From the NCBI GenBank assembly GCA_963699755.1, contig CAVOVB010000011.1, positions 1 through 64,000 of the forward strand: DNA of 64,000 nt, given 5' to 3'. This document shows positions 50,153-59,643 of this stretch, in pieces. Position numbers and translations under genes: made by a program. Numbering within the stretch: the stretch's first letter is position 1; each line of letters opens with the position of its first letter. Below the pieces are notes generated by a model that saw only the letters and a list, made by a program, of their open reading frames with translations, was not told the DNA's origin and did not search any database. The stretch comes from an uncultured delta proteobacterium. GTDB lineage: Bacteria > Myxococcota_A > Polyangia > Polyangiales > Houyiibacteriaceae.

Positions 50153-51472
50153 ATGCGGAAGGCTGCCGGGGTCGGTTTGCTGGGCTTTGTCGCCGCTTTG
50201 GTTGCGGAGACTCATGCGTCCGCCGACAGCCTCAGTCAGCTCACCGGGCCCTTTGCGACCGCATTGCGAGACGGTAGCTACCTAGGCGCATTGGGACTGG
50301 TCTTTTTAGCAGGGCTAGCCACCTCACTGACCCCCTGCGTGTATCCGATGATCGCCATCACCGTCAGCGTATTTGGCGCGAGGCAGGCTGAGAGCCGCGC
50401 TAGGGCGGCCCTTCTCTCGAGCGCATTCGTTCTGGGCATTGCGGCGCTCTTCACGCCGCTCGGGGTGCTTTCTGCGTTGACCGGAAACGCGTTTGGAAGC
50501 GCCTTGGCGAGCCCCTGGGTAGTTGGGGCGCTGTCGGCCTTGTTCGCTGTGATGGCGTCGAGCATGTTTGGCTTGTTCGACCTCGCCTTGCCCACGGCGC
50601 TGCAGAACCGGCTCGCACAGGTTGGAGGCTTCGGGGCGCGCGGCGCATTCGTCCTCGGCTTCGCCAACGGGCTCATTGCAGCCCCTTGCACTGGGCCGGT
50701 GCTCGCCGTCTTGCTCACATGGGTGGCCACCACGGGGAACGTAGCGTTCGGCGCTCTTTCTCTGTTCGTCTACGCGATTGGCATCGGCGTGTTGTTCTGG
50801 TTCGTTGGAACCTTCGCGATCACGTTGCCAAAGTCGGGTCGCTGGGTCGAATGGACCAAAAGCGCGTTCGGCATCGCCATGCTTGCCCTAGCGTTCTACT
50901 ACTTGCGTGGGGTCTTGCCCTACCCGCGTCCGGCCGTACGCGATGAGACCTGGCTCGCTGTGGCCCTCGGTCTCCTGCTTGGGGGCGTCATAGTTGGCGC
51001 GATTCACCTTTCGTTCAAGAGCGGTGACTGGGGAGCGCGTGTTCGAAAGGCGATCGGTGTGACCGCGTGCGTGGCGGGCGTGCTTGGCATCGTTGCCTGG
51101 GCGGAGGCGCTGCCACCGGGCACGCACATCCACTGGATCGAGAGCTTCGATGTCGGCAAGGCACGGGCGGTCGCCGAAGAGAGGCCGATGCTCGTGGACT
51201 TCGGCGCCGACTGGTGTGGGGCGTGCCAGGAGCTCGAACGAGACGTTCTGAGTGACCCCCGAGTCGTGTCTCAGGCGCAGCGGTTCGTGACGGTCAAGGT
51301 CGATCTGAGCACCGACCAAGCCACAGACGAAAAATGGGCGCTGCTCAAGGCTTACGAGCAGCCCGGACTGCCCCTGGTGGTCCTTCATCACAGCGATGGC
51401 TCGGAGGCCTCGCGCATCACCGGATTGGTAGAGAGTGACGTGTTTCTGAAACTGATGGATGCTGTTCGCTGA
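50153..51472 (+). CDS. dsbD: DsbD/CcdA-type thiol:disulfide interchange protein with C-terminal thioredoxin
   Basis: SLTPCVYPMI, AAPCTGP, WCGAC; N-terminal Ig-like (alpha) domain absent. Confidence 0.85.
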   Translation: MRKAAGVGLLGFVAALVAETHASADSLSQLTGPFATALRDGSYLGALGLVFLAGLATSLTPCVYPMIAITVSVFGARQAESRARAALLSSAFVLGIAALFTPLGVLSALTGNAFGSALASPWVVGALSALFAVMASSMFGLFDLALPTALQNRLAQVGGFGARGAFVLGFANGLIAAPCTGPVLAVLLTWVATTGNVAFGALSLFVYAIGIGVLFWFVGTFAITLPKSGRWVEWTKSAFGIAMLALAFYYLRGVLPYPRPAVRDETWLAVALGLLLGGVIVGAIHLSFKSGDWGARVRKAIGVTACVAGVLGIVAWAEALPPGTHIHWIESFDVGKARAVAEERPMLVDFGADWCGACQELERDVLSDPRVVSQAQRFVTVKVDLSTDQATDEKWALLKAYEQPGLPLVVLHHSDGSEASRITGLVESDVFLKLMDAVR

Positions 51473-51508
51473 CCATCAGTCGGCCGTGCTAGCCTCCGCG
51501 CAGGAGTA

Positions 51509-51835
51509 TTGCGGATGAGTATGATCACCATTACGAGACGCGAGATGCTTGGCCACTCCGTGCGCCTCGCCCTGATAGGCTCGGCGCCAGCGCTGCTCAA
51601 CGCCTGTAAGAAACCAGAGCTTCATTGCGACGACCTGAGCGGCCTCAGCGAAGAGGATTCGAAGTTGCGGTTGGCGCTCAACTACCAAGACGTCTCCCCC
51701 CACGGCGACAACAAGAACTGTGCGAGCTGCTCGTTCTATCGCCCGGGCAAGAAGAACGAATGTGGACAATGCACCCTGGTCAAAGGCCCCATCCACCCGC
51801 AGGGATATTGCGACTCCTGGGCGGCAAAGCTCTGA
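51509..51835 (+). CDS. high-potential iron-sulfur protein (HiPIP), Tat lipoprotein
   Basis: Tat motif TRREML, lipobox LLNAC, HiPIP ligand pattern CASCSFY...CTLVKGPIHPQGYCDSW. Exact start uncertain (51509-51521). Confidence 0.82.
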   Translation: MRMSMITITRREMLGHSVRLALIGSAPALLNACKKPELHCDDLSGLSEEDSKLRLALNYQDVSPHGDNKNCASCSFYRPGKKNECGQCTLVKGPIHPQGYCDSWAAKL

Positions 51836-51847
51836 CTCCGGCACGAC

Positions 51848-52600
51848 ATGGCATTGTTCGAGGTACGCGGCCTGCGAAAGGCGTTTGGACAACACCTGGT
51901 CTTGAGCGGGCTCGACATCGACATCTTCGCCGGTGAGGTCATCACGATCATCGGAGAGTCCGGCTCAGGCAAGAGCGTCTTGCTCAAGGCGATGATGGGC
52001 CTCATCGAGGTCGACGCCGGCCACATTCGATTCGATGGCGTAGAGGTCGCCGGTCAGACCGAGCGAGAGTGGAACCGCACTCGTCGCCGCATCGGCATGC
52101 TGTTCCAGGAGTCCGCCCTTTTCGACTCCTTCACCGTGTTCGAGAACGTCGCCTATGCCCTACGTGAGCAGACGACGATGACCGAGGAGGAGATCACGAA
52201 GCGCGTGGCCGAAACGCTAGCCTTGGTCGCGCTGCCCGGGATCGAATCGATGTCCCCTTCGGATCTTTCAGGAGGCATGCGCAAGCGAGTCGCCCTGGCC
52301 CGAGCGGTTGCGGTCCGTCCGGAGGTCGTGTTCTACGACGAGCCCGCCGAGGGCCTCGACCCGATCAACGTCACGCGAGTCAATCGCCTGTTGCTCGGAC
52401 TGCAAAAGCGCCTGCACGTGACCTCGGTCGTCGTGACGCACAATCTCAAGGCCGCGTTCGCCATCAGCGATCGCATCGCCCTCATCCATGATGGAGTGGT
52501 GGCGGCAACCGGTGCCCCCGAAGGGTTTCTCGAATCGGAAGACCCGGTCGTGCGAGAGTTCATCGGCGATCGAATGATGAAGGTGCTACGTGCAAGTTGA
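51848..52600 (+). CDS. ABC ATP-binding protein, MlaF/Ttg2A-like
   Basis: GESGSGKS, GMLFQESALFDS, LSGGMRKRVALARA, YDEP, C-terminal DPVVREFI. Confidence 0.88.
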   Translation: MALFEVRGLRKAFGQHLVLSGLDIDIFAGEVITIIGESGSGKSVLLKAMMGLIEVDAGHIRFDGVEVAGQTEREWNRTRRRIGMLFQESALFDSFTVFENVAYALREQTTMTEEEITKRVAETLALVALPGIESMSPSDLSGGMRKRVALARAVAVRPEVVFYDEPAEGLDPINVTRVNRLLLGLQKRLHVTSVVVTHNLKAAFAISDRIALIHDGVVAATGAPEGFLESEDPVVREFIGDRMMKVLRAS

Positions 52601-53996
52601 GTTCGTCGGAGCGGTGGGGGGCGACGTCACCGGCTCGAGGCATATCGTTCACACCGAGAAGGCGCGCATTCTGCTCGACTGCGGCCTGTTCCAGGGTCGC
52701 CGGGCGGAAACCATCGAGCGCAACCGAGACCTGGGCTTTCGCGCAAGGGACATCGATGTGATGGTCCTCTCGCACGCTCACATCGATCACTCGGGCGCCC
52801 TCCCCCGACTCTATCGCCAGGGCTTCCGCGGGCCGATCTATTGCACACCAGCCACCCGGGACCTGTGCGCCGCGATGCTCGAGGACTCAGCCGAAATTCA
52901 GGCTCAGGACGCAGCCTACATCAATCGCAAGATCGAAAAGGACGGCGCCGACATGGACCCCGTTGAACCGCTCTACGAGCAGAAGGACGTCGTCGGGACG
53001 CTGGAGCTCATGGTCGGCGTTCCATACCACCGACCGCAAACGATCGCGGAAGGCGTGACTCTGACCTACTACGATGCGGGCCATGTCCTCGGAAGCGCCA
53101 TGGTTGCTTTGGATGTCGACGTGGTTGGCCAGGAGCGGCGTCTGGTCTTCTCTGGCGACCTCGGACGGCACAACATGCCCATCCTCAGAGACCCCGAGAT
53201 TCCGCCGGGGGCCTCGTGCCTCATCATGGAAAGCACTTACGGCGACCGGAATCACGATCCGATGGAGGAGATGGAGGGTCAGCTCGAGGAGGTCATCAAC
53301 CGCACAATCGGGCGCGGCGGCAAGGTGGTCGTCCCGTCGTTCGCCTTGGAACGCGCACAAGAAGTGATTTACTCGCTCAAGAAGCTCAAAGATCGAGGAC
53401 GGCTCCCCGACGTTCCGGTATACGTCGACTCGCCGCTGACGGTGAAGCTGACGGACGTCTTTCGGATGCATCCGGAGTGCTTCGACGACAAGGCGCGAAA
53501 GCTCTTGCTCGAAGGAGACTCGCCCTTTGACTTCGAGGGACTTCGCTACGTCTCAGCCGTCGAAGATTCCAAAGCGATCGACCGGAACGACGAGCCTTGT
53601 GTGATCATTGCGGCCAGCGGCATGTGCGAGTTCGGGCGAGTCGTCCATCACTTGGTGGCCACCCTCGAAAGTCGAAAGAACGCCGTGCTCATCGTCGGCT
53701 GGCAGGCGCAGCACACGCTCGGGCGACGCCTCGTCGAGCAACGGACGCGGGTTCGGATCTTCGGCGTCGAGCGCGAACGCCATGCGGAGGTGGTGGTGCT
53801 CAACGGATTCAGCGCGCATGCCGGGCAAGACGACCTTTTGGACTACGCGGAAGCGGTTCGCGAGGCAGGTCCGCTCCGACATGTGGCGCTGGTCCATGGT
53901 GAGAATCCGGGACGCAATACGCTCAAGGCGCTCCTCGAAGAGCGCGGCTTTCCGAGCGTCAGGACTCCAGTGCGAGGCGATCGGATAGACATCTGA
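52590..53996 (+). CDS. MBL-fold beta-CASP RNA-processing metallohydrolase
   Basis: VTGS, LDCGLFQG, SHAHIDHSG, AGHVLGS, MESTYGDR, FSAHA, LVHGE. Confidence 0.92.
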   Translation: MQVEFVGAVGGDVTGSRHIVHTEKARILLDCGLFQGRRAETIERNRDLGFRARDIDVMVLSHAHIDHSGALPRLYRQGFRGPIYCTPATRDLCAAMLEDSAEIQAQDAAYINRKIEKDGADMDPVEPLYEQKDVVGTLELMVGVPYHRPQTIAEGVTLTYYDAGHVLGSAMVALDVDVVGQERRLVFSGDLGRHNMPILRDPEIPPGASCLIMESTYGDRNHDPMEEMEGQLEEVINRTIGRGGKVVVPSFALERAQEVIYSLKKLKDRGRLPDVPVYVDSPLTVKLTDVFRMHPECFDDKARKLLLEGDSPFDFEGLRYVSAVEDSKAIDRNDEPCVIIAASGMCEFGRVVHHLVATLESRKNAVLIVGWQAQHTLGRRLVEQRTRVRIFGVERERHAEVVVLNGFSAHAGQDDLLDYAEAVREAGPLRHVALVHGENPGRNTLKALLEERGFPSVRTPVRGDRIDI

Positions 53997-54067
53997 GGCC
54001 AGGGGCCTTGACCTGAGGAGGGGTCTGCGCGCATCCTCGCGCGCGACTCGAACAATGAGGAGGGGCG

Positions 54068-54655
54068 ATGAGCAAGGGCTTGATCGGATGCGGTGTGATC
54101 GTGGTAATCGCGCTGATCCTCGTGGTAACCGGGGTTGGAAGCTACAACCGCCTGGTCAATCTGGATGAAGGCGTCGACAACGCTTGGGGCCAAGTCGAGA
54201 ATGTCTACCAGCGGCGCGCGGATCTGATTCCGAATCTGGTGGCCACCGTGAAAGGAGCCAAGGAGTTCGAGCAAGAGACGCTCACCCAAGTGGTCGAGGC
54301 GCGCGCCAAAGTCGGTCAGGTCAATTTCGAAAAGGCGCCTGACGCGGCGCAACTCCAGCAGTTCGAGGCGGCCCAGTCACAGCTCTCGTCTGCTCTGTCT
54401 CGCTTGCTCGTCGTGGTGGAGCGTTACCCCGAGCTCAAGGCAACCGAGGCCTTCCGTGACCTTCAGGCGCAACTCGAAGGCACCGAGAATAGAATCAGCG
54501 TCGAGCGCAAGCGCTTCAACGACGCGACCCTGGACTACAACAAGACCCGTCGGCAGTTCCCGACGGTCCTGCTCGCAAACATCATGGGCTTCGACGACAA
54601 GCCATACTTCGAGTCGACACCCGGAGCAGATGAGCCTCCGAAGGTCGAGTTCTAG
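54068..54655 (+). CDS. lemA: LemA family protein
   Basis: YQRRADLIPNLV, ERYPELKA, LEGTENRISVER. Confidence 0.94.
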   Translation: MSKGLIGCGVIVVIALILVVTGVGSYNRLVNLDEGVDNAWGQVENVYQRRADLIPNLVATVKGAKEFEQETLTQVVEARAKVGQVNFEKAPDAAQLQQFEAAQSQLSSALSRLLVVVERYPELKATEAFRDLQAQLEGTENRISVERKRFNDATLDYNKTRRQFPTVLLANIMGFDDKPYFESTPGADEPPKVEF

Positions 54656-54663
54656 CCCAGGCC

Positions 54664-55320
54664 GTGCCCCTGCGAATCGAAACCTTCTTTTCCAAGGCGG
54701 ATCGAGAAGCGATCCGTGCCGCGACGGCGGCCGCCGAAAGGAAAACCGCTGGCGAGCTCGTCGTCTATGTCAGCGAGCGCTGCGACCCGCATCCGGAGGT
54801 CGCATGGAAGGGTGCGCTCCTGGGCGGTGGGCTAGGGGCGCTCTGTGCGGCCATTTCGGGTTGGCGTTTCGGAGGCTGGGGGGTGCCCGACTATCCGTGG
54901 ATCTTGATCGGTCTTCAGCTCGGTCTCGTGGTCGGCTGGATCGCGAGCCGGTTCGACGCGGTCGCCCGACGGCTGATCTCGGACGAGGCTATGGATAGCC
55001 GGGTGGACGGCCGCGCGGCCGAGGCCTTCTTGGACGAACGCGTGTTCGCCACGCGTGAGCGCACCGGCGTCCTGATCTTCGTTGCGCTTTTCGAGCACAG
55101 GGTCGTCGTCCTCGCGGATGAGGGGATCGACGAAAGAGTTGCCGATGACGCTTGGGATGAGATCTCGAGCGAGCTTGCCCTAGGAATTCAGGGCGGCGCG
55201 CCCGCCCAGGCCCTGATCCATGCGGTGCAACGCTGTGCCGACCTCCTGGAGGCTCATGGCGTTCACCCCGCAGATTCTGAAAACGAGATTTCGGACGAGC
55301 CGAGGCTTCGCCATGACTAG
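54664..55320 (+). CDS. TPM-domain membrane protein
   Basis: AERKTAGELVV, TRERTGVLIFVALFEHRVVVLADEGI, NEISD. Confidence 0.85.
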   Translation: MPLRIETFFSKADREAIRAATAAAERKTAGELVVYVSERCDPHPEVAWKGALLGGGLGALCAAISGWRFGGWGVPDYPWILIGLQLGLVVGWIASRFDAVARRLISDEAMDSRVDGRAAEAFLDERVFATRERTGVLIFVALFEHRVVVLADEGIDERVADDAWDEISSELALGIQGGAPAQALIHAVQRCADLLEAHGVHPADSENEISDEPRLRHD

Positions 55321-56215
55321 AACGCAAGCACTCCTTGCGGCGCTTCTTCTGTGCTCGATCTCCGTCACCGCGCTCGCTCTTCGCGTCCCCGAGCTCTCGG
55401 GACGCGTCAACGACTACGCGAATCTAATCAGCCCTGGCCCCGAAGCCCGCATCGATGCCCTGCTGGCGCAACTCGAGGAAGATACCGGAACCCAAGTCGT
55501 CGTTCTCACAATCGACAGCCTAGAAGGCGAGCAGCTCGAAGAGTATAGCCTTCGGGTCGCCGAGGCCTGGCAGCTCGGCCGCGCAGATGCAGACGACGGC
55601 GCACTTCTACTCATCGCGAAGAACGATCGGAAGATGCGGATAGAGGTCGGATATGGCCTCGAGCCTGTGCTGAGCGACGTGCTCTCGAGAAGAATCCTAG
55701 ACCAGGTGCTACGTCCGCGCTTCCGCGCCGGTGACTTCGATGGCGGCATCGAGCGTGCGGTCGAGGCAATCGACGGCTTGGTCCGCGGGACGAGCACGCT
55801 GCCGCCACCGAGCCCGGGCGATACGGCGACCGCGACCGATTTCCCGATGAGGATCTTCGGCGGGCTTTGGCTCCTGTTCTTGGTCCCATTCATCTGGGTC
55901 GTGATCAGCACCAATCCCTATCAGTGGTTCCTCTATTTCTTCATGATCCCATTCATCGGGGCGGGTGGGATCGCCACCCTCGGCCCCAACGCGGCTCCCT
56001 TCTTCGTCGTCTTCTGGCTGATCGCAGCGCCGATCTTCTGGTCGTTCATAGGCCGACGACGGAAGAAACAGAAGCGAGCCCCCGGACGACGGCGTTCGGG
56101 CTGGTCGGGCGGGAGCTGGTCGTCGAGAGGAAGAGGAGGCGGTTGGTCCGGTGGGGGTGGTTTCTCGGGCGGTGGTGGCAGCTTCGGCGGCGGTGGCTCT
56201 TCGAGCAGCTGGTGA
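55313..56215 (+). CDS. TPM-domain (YgcG-like) protein with Gly-rich tail
   Basis: GRVNDYANLI, DRKMRIEVGYGLE, C-terminal GGGGSFGGGGSSSSW. Confidence 0.9.
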   Translation: MTRTQALLAALLLCSISVTALALRVPELSGRVNDYANLISPGPEARIDALLAQLEEDTGTQVVVLTIDSLEGEQLEEYSLRVAEAWQLGRADADDGALLLIAKNDRKMRIEVGYGLEPVLSDVLSRRILDQVLRPRFRAGDFDGGIERAVEAIDGLVRGTSTLPPPSPGDTATATDFPMRIFGGLWLLFLVPFIWVVISTNPYQWFLYFFMIPFIGAGGIATLGPNAAPFFVVFWLIAAPIFWSFIGRRRKKQKRAPGRRRSGWSGGSWSSRGRGGGWSGGGGFSGGGGSFGGGGSSSSW

Positions 56216-56218
56216 GCG

Positions 56219-56773
56219 CTACGGGTCGCTCTCGAGGCGGCCGTGCCAGTATACCCAGTTGGCCCAGGCTTCGGGAATAGAGCTCGCCGGGTCGACCCGA
56301 AACGCGACCAGGGGCAGCCACTTGGGTTTGACAGGAGGACGTCGCAAACGGAGGCCTGCCTGCCTGGGCGAACGATTGCCCTTCTTCTCGTTGCAGGCGT
56401 AGCAAGCCATCACGATGTTCTCCCAGTTGGTCTTGCCGCCTTGGGACTTCGGAAGCACGTGGTCGTAGGTCAGCCCTCGAAGGCGATGACGCACCCCGCA
56501 GTACTGGCATTTGAAGTCGTCCCGCATCGCGACGTTGATCCGTGAAAACTTGATCGCACGCTTCCGGCCGACGATCGTTCGCAGGAGCCGCACGACCGCG
56601 GGCATCTTGATGGTGATGCTGACCGAGCGAACGTCTTCGTCGTACTCTTCGACGACTTCGACCTTGCCATCGAAAATCATGCAGACGGCTCGCTGCCAAC
56701 TGATGATTCGGTGGGGCTCATAGCCCTGGTCTAAGACAAGGGTCCGCATTCCGTTCGAGGCTTCGTATATCAC
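56219..56773 (-). CDS. HNH endonuclease
   Basis: RDDFKCQYCG, TYDHVLPKSQGG, WENIVMACYACNEKKG; alternative ATG start at 56749. Confidence 0.92.
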   Translation of the reverse strand: MIYEASNGMRTLVLDQGYEPHRIISWQRAVCMIFDGKVEVVEEYDEDVRSVSITIKMPAVVRLLRTIVGRKRAIKFSRINVAMRDDFKCQYCGVRHRLRGLTYDHVLPKSQGGKTNWENIVMACYACNEKKGNRSPRQAGLRLRRPPVKPKWLPLVAFRVDPASSIPEAWANWVYWHGRLESDP

Positions 56774-56795
56774 ATGCTATACGCGGCGATCAAAA

Positions 56796-56869
56796 GTCCT
56801 CGTAGCTCAGTAGGATAGAGCAGTGGTTTCCTAAACCGAAGGTCGGAGGTTCGAATCCTCCCGGGGACG
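56796..56869 (+). tRNA. tRNA-Arg (CCT)
   Basis: GTCCTCGTAGCTCAGTAGGATAGAGCAGTGGTTTCCTAAACCGAAGGTCGGAGGTTCGAATCCTCCCGGGGACG; anticodon loop TTCCTAA; CCA not encoded. Confidence 0.93.
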
Positions 56870-56932
56870 CCCTCCGGCGGTTGACTTGATCGGCCGACCT
56901 GTACTAGTCCTGGTCAACTTGGGAGCAGCACC

Positions 56933-58057
56933 ATCTCTAGCGAACGACGATATCCGGCACCGGTCATTGCGGTTTCCAACCCCGCTCCTGCGGAGCAGCA
57001 GCACGGCGCCGCTCATCCCAAAACCAAACGGCGGAGCACGCTTCCCGACGATCTTCTGGCTCGGAGCGACGAAGAAGCGGCACGGCGCCTGGCCCTCAAG
57101 AGCCTCGGCGCCGCCCGGACGGCGGAGCGTCGACTGGACGATCGTTTCGATCGCGAGGCGCTGCATGATTTCCGGGTTTCCGTTCGTCGACTTCGCAGCC
57201 TATTGCGCGCATATCGAGCTCAACTCGATGGAGCGATACGGCCCAAGGACCGAAAGCGCCTCCGCGCAATCCAACAGGCGACTGGCGGCGGCCGTGAGGC
57301 CGAAGTGGCGCTCGAATGGCTGACCAAGCAGCAAGCCGACCTTGCGCCGGAGCATCTTGCGGGTCTCAACTGGCTCGCCTCTCTGCTGCTGGCGCGTCGG
57401 CGCGAGTGCGCCGAGGCGCTCGACACCGAGCTGCGAGAAGATTTTAGACGAACCGCCGAAAAGCTCGAAGAGCGGCTGGCGGTCATGCGAAGCGAACGGA
57501 ACCTGCTGGCGGATCAGTCGCACGTGACCTTTGCACGAGCGCTTGCAAACCAGACCGAGGCCTACGCTACCGAACTGCTCGTCAACCTCGGCGAAATCGT
57601 CAGCATGGACCACACCGAGCGGCTGCACGAGGCCCGCATCGTCGCGAAGCGACTCCGCTATCTCCTCGAGCCCATCCGAGCGTACGTGGGCGGAGCGCAG
57701 TCGGTCGTGAGGCGAAGCAAGAGGCTGCAGGAGCTGCTCGGCGAATTGAACGATGTCCACGTTCTCATGCGTGAAATCGATCAGTCTTTCGAGGCCTCGA
57801 TGCAGCAGAAGGCGAGCAAACTACGAGACTGCCTGCGCAGAGGCGACCTCGAACGCGCACGCCGTGAGGCCTCGGTCAGCGAATGGGCCGGCCTCGTCGA
57901 GCTCTACGGTCGACTCGACAAAGACCGCCGCCAGCTCATCGCAACCCTTCGTGATCGCTGGCTCGGCGGCGAGCTCGATGTGCTCGTGGCGCGAGCCCGC
58001 GACCTCGCGCAAGAATTGCGCATTGCGGACAGCCAGCTCAATAGTCCAGTATCGTGA
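56933..58057 (+). CDS. CHAD-domain (polyphosphate-binding) protein; start probably ATC at 56933
   Basis: Two CHAD motifs, ALHDFRVSVRRLRS and LHEARIVAKRLRYLLE, plus LQELLGELND. The first motif lies upstream of the ORF-track TTG at 57203, in the same open frame. Confidence 0.82.
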   Translation: MSSERRYPAPVIAVSNPAPAEQQHGAAHPKTKRRSTLPDDLLARSDEEAARRLALKSLGAARTAERRLDDRFDREALHDFRVSVRRLRSLLRAYRAQLDGAIRPKDRKRLRAIQQATGGGREAEVALEWLTKQQADLAPEHLAGLNWLASLLLARRRECAEALDTELREDFRRTAEKLEERLAVMRSERNLLADQSHVTFARALANQTEAYATELLVNLGEIVSMDHTERLHEARIVAKRLRYLLEPIRAYVGGAQSVVRRSKRLQELLGELNDVHVLMREIDQSFEASMQQKASKLRDCLRRGDLERARREASVSEWAGLVELYGRLDKDRRQLIATLRDRWLGGELDVLVARARDLAQELRIADSQLNSPVS

Positions 58058-58568
58058 CGACGCGGCTCGGGGCCAGCTTCTCGTTGCCTTCGAGGGCGGC
58101 CAAGTTGATCAGGAAGACGAAGGCTGCGACTTCGGCACCGCACTTGTGGACGAGATCTTTGGTCGCTCGCGCCGTGCCGCCGGTGGCGATCAAATCATCG
58201 ACCACCACGACCCGCTCATGCGGCCGGAGCGCATCTTGGTGGATCTCCACGGCGTCGCTTCCGTATTCGAGGTCATACTCGACGCGATAGGTCGCCGCGG
58301 GAAGCTTGCCTGGTTTTCGGACGGGAACGAAACCCACTCCGAGCGCGTCGGCCAGGGCCGCACCGAACATGAAGCCGCGCGACTCGATGCCGACGACCGC
58401 ATCCACCGTCTCTCCATCGAGAGGCTCCGCCATGAGTCGGATGCAGGTACGGAAGGCTTCGACGTCGGCCAGCAGCGGTGTGATGTCCTTGAAGAGGATG
58501 CCCTCCCTGGGAAAATTGGGCACGTCCCGGATGCGCCTGCGCAAGAGGCTGACGCGCTCATCGCTCAT
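58038..58568 (-). CDS. apt: adenine phosphoribosyltransferase
   Basis: IRDVPNFPREGILFKDITP, ESRGF, RKPGKLP, VDDLIATGGT. Confidence 0.96.
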   Translation of the reverse strand: MSDERVSLLRRRIRDVPNFPREGILFKDITPLLADVEAFRTCIRLMAEPLDGETVDAVVGIESRGFMFGAALADALGVGFVPVRKPGKLPAATYRVEYDLEYGSDAVEIHQDALRPHERVVVVDDLIATGGTARATKDLVHKCGAEVAAFVFLINLAALEGNEKLAPSRVVTILDY

Positions 58569-59329
58569 GGTTCCCCTTTCGATCCGGCCACGTACGCTGC
58601 GACGCCCAGATGGTCCGGCTGCGTGGCCTCGATGCTCAGAGGCGTGACGGAGATGAAGCCCGCATCGAGCGCTTCGGTATCGGCACCTTCGACTGGCTCG
58701 CTCGTGGCGCCCCCTGGACCGCCAATCCACAGGTAGTGCCGCCCCCGTGGATCGTCGCGCACCTCGACCTCGTCGGAATAGAGCCGAAGCCCGAGCCGCG
58801 TTGCCCGAACTCCCTTGGGCGGGACCGGAGGAAAGTTGACGTTGAGCAGAATGGCTTGCCCTGCGGGTGCGGTGGTCTGCAGAAGCTGCTTACAGAAGCG
58901 CTTGGCGTATTGAGCCGCCCCTTCCATGTCCGCGGAGCAGCTTGAAAAGGCGATCGACCGCACCCCGCGGAGCGCTCCCTCCCGTGCGGCCGCCACCGTG
59001 CCCGAGTAGTGCACGTCGTTTCCGAGATTGGGCCCATGGTTGATCCCCGAGACCACCATGTCCGGCCTGCGTGGCAAGAGGTCTTTGAGGAAGAACGCGA
59101 CGTACACGCAGTCCGCGGGTGTGCCGTCGACTGCCCAGACGTGCTTCTCGACTTCGTGAAAACGCAGCGGATGATGGAGCGTGATCGAGTGGCTCTTCGC
59201 GCTCTGCTCGGTCTGCGGGGCCACAGTGTAGACATCGGCAAACGTCGACAGGGCAGTGCGCAGCGCGATAACCCCCGGCGCATCGACCCCATCGTCGTTG
59301 GAAACCAAGAGCAGTGGGCGGTCCGACAT
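58565..59329 (-). CDS. surE: 5'/3'-nucleotidase SurE
   Basis: LVSNDDG, GTPADCV, SGINHGPNLG, YSGTVAAA. Confidence 0.96.
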   Translation of the reverse strand: MSDRPLLLVSNDDGVDAPGVIALRTALSTFADVYTVAPQTEQSAKSHSITLHHPLRFHEVEKHVWAVDGTPADCVYVAFFLKDLLPRRPDMVVSGINHGPNLGNDVHYSGTVAAAREGALRGVRSIAFSSCSADMEGAAQYAKRFCKQLLQTTAPAGQAILLNVNFPPVPPKGVRATRLGLRLYSDEVEVRDDPRGRHYLWIGGPGGATSEPVEGADTEALDAGFISVTPLSIEATQPDHLGVAAYVAGSKGEP

Positions 59330-59437
59330 GCGCTCAACGACCTATCGCGGATGCGCGATTCGGGCAACGGGATTGACCTTTGGGAGACCGAACGGTGGCC
59401 AATATCGGAATGCTGGCGGGCGGATACAAGCGGGTAT

Positions 59438-59475
59438 AAAAGGAGGACCGGCGGGCTTTCACCCTCCGGTCCGCC
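59438..59475 (-). terminator. intrinsic terminator after tRNA-Pro
   Basis: Minus strand GGCGGACCGGAGGG-TGAAAG-CCCGCCGGTCCTCC followed by TTTT. Confidence 0.7.
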
Positions 59476-59477
59476 AT

Positions 59478-59554
<77 letters not shown>

Positions 59555-59643
59555 TCCAACCTCTCGATGAGAGGCAGCCGACTGTAACGCAGGCCGCCTG
59601 GAACGCAAACCAAACATGAGCAAAAAGCGCCTGAAAAGCGTAC

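Noticed and set aside
56100..56215. GGC/GGT-rich low-complexity repeat
   Set aside because: Encodes the normal Gly-rich tail of YgcG/TPM proteins.
56886..57323. 145-aa ORF suggesting a frameshifted CHAD gene
   Set aside because: The CHAD frame itself is open from 56885, so no frameshift is needed.
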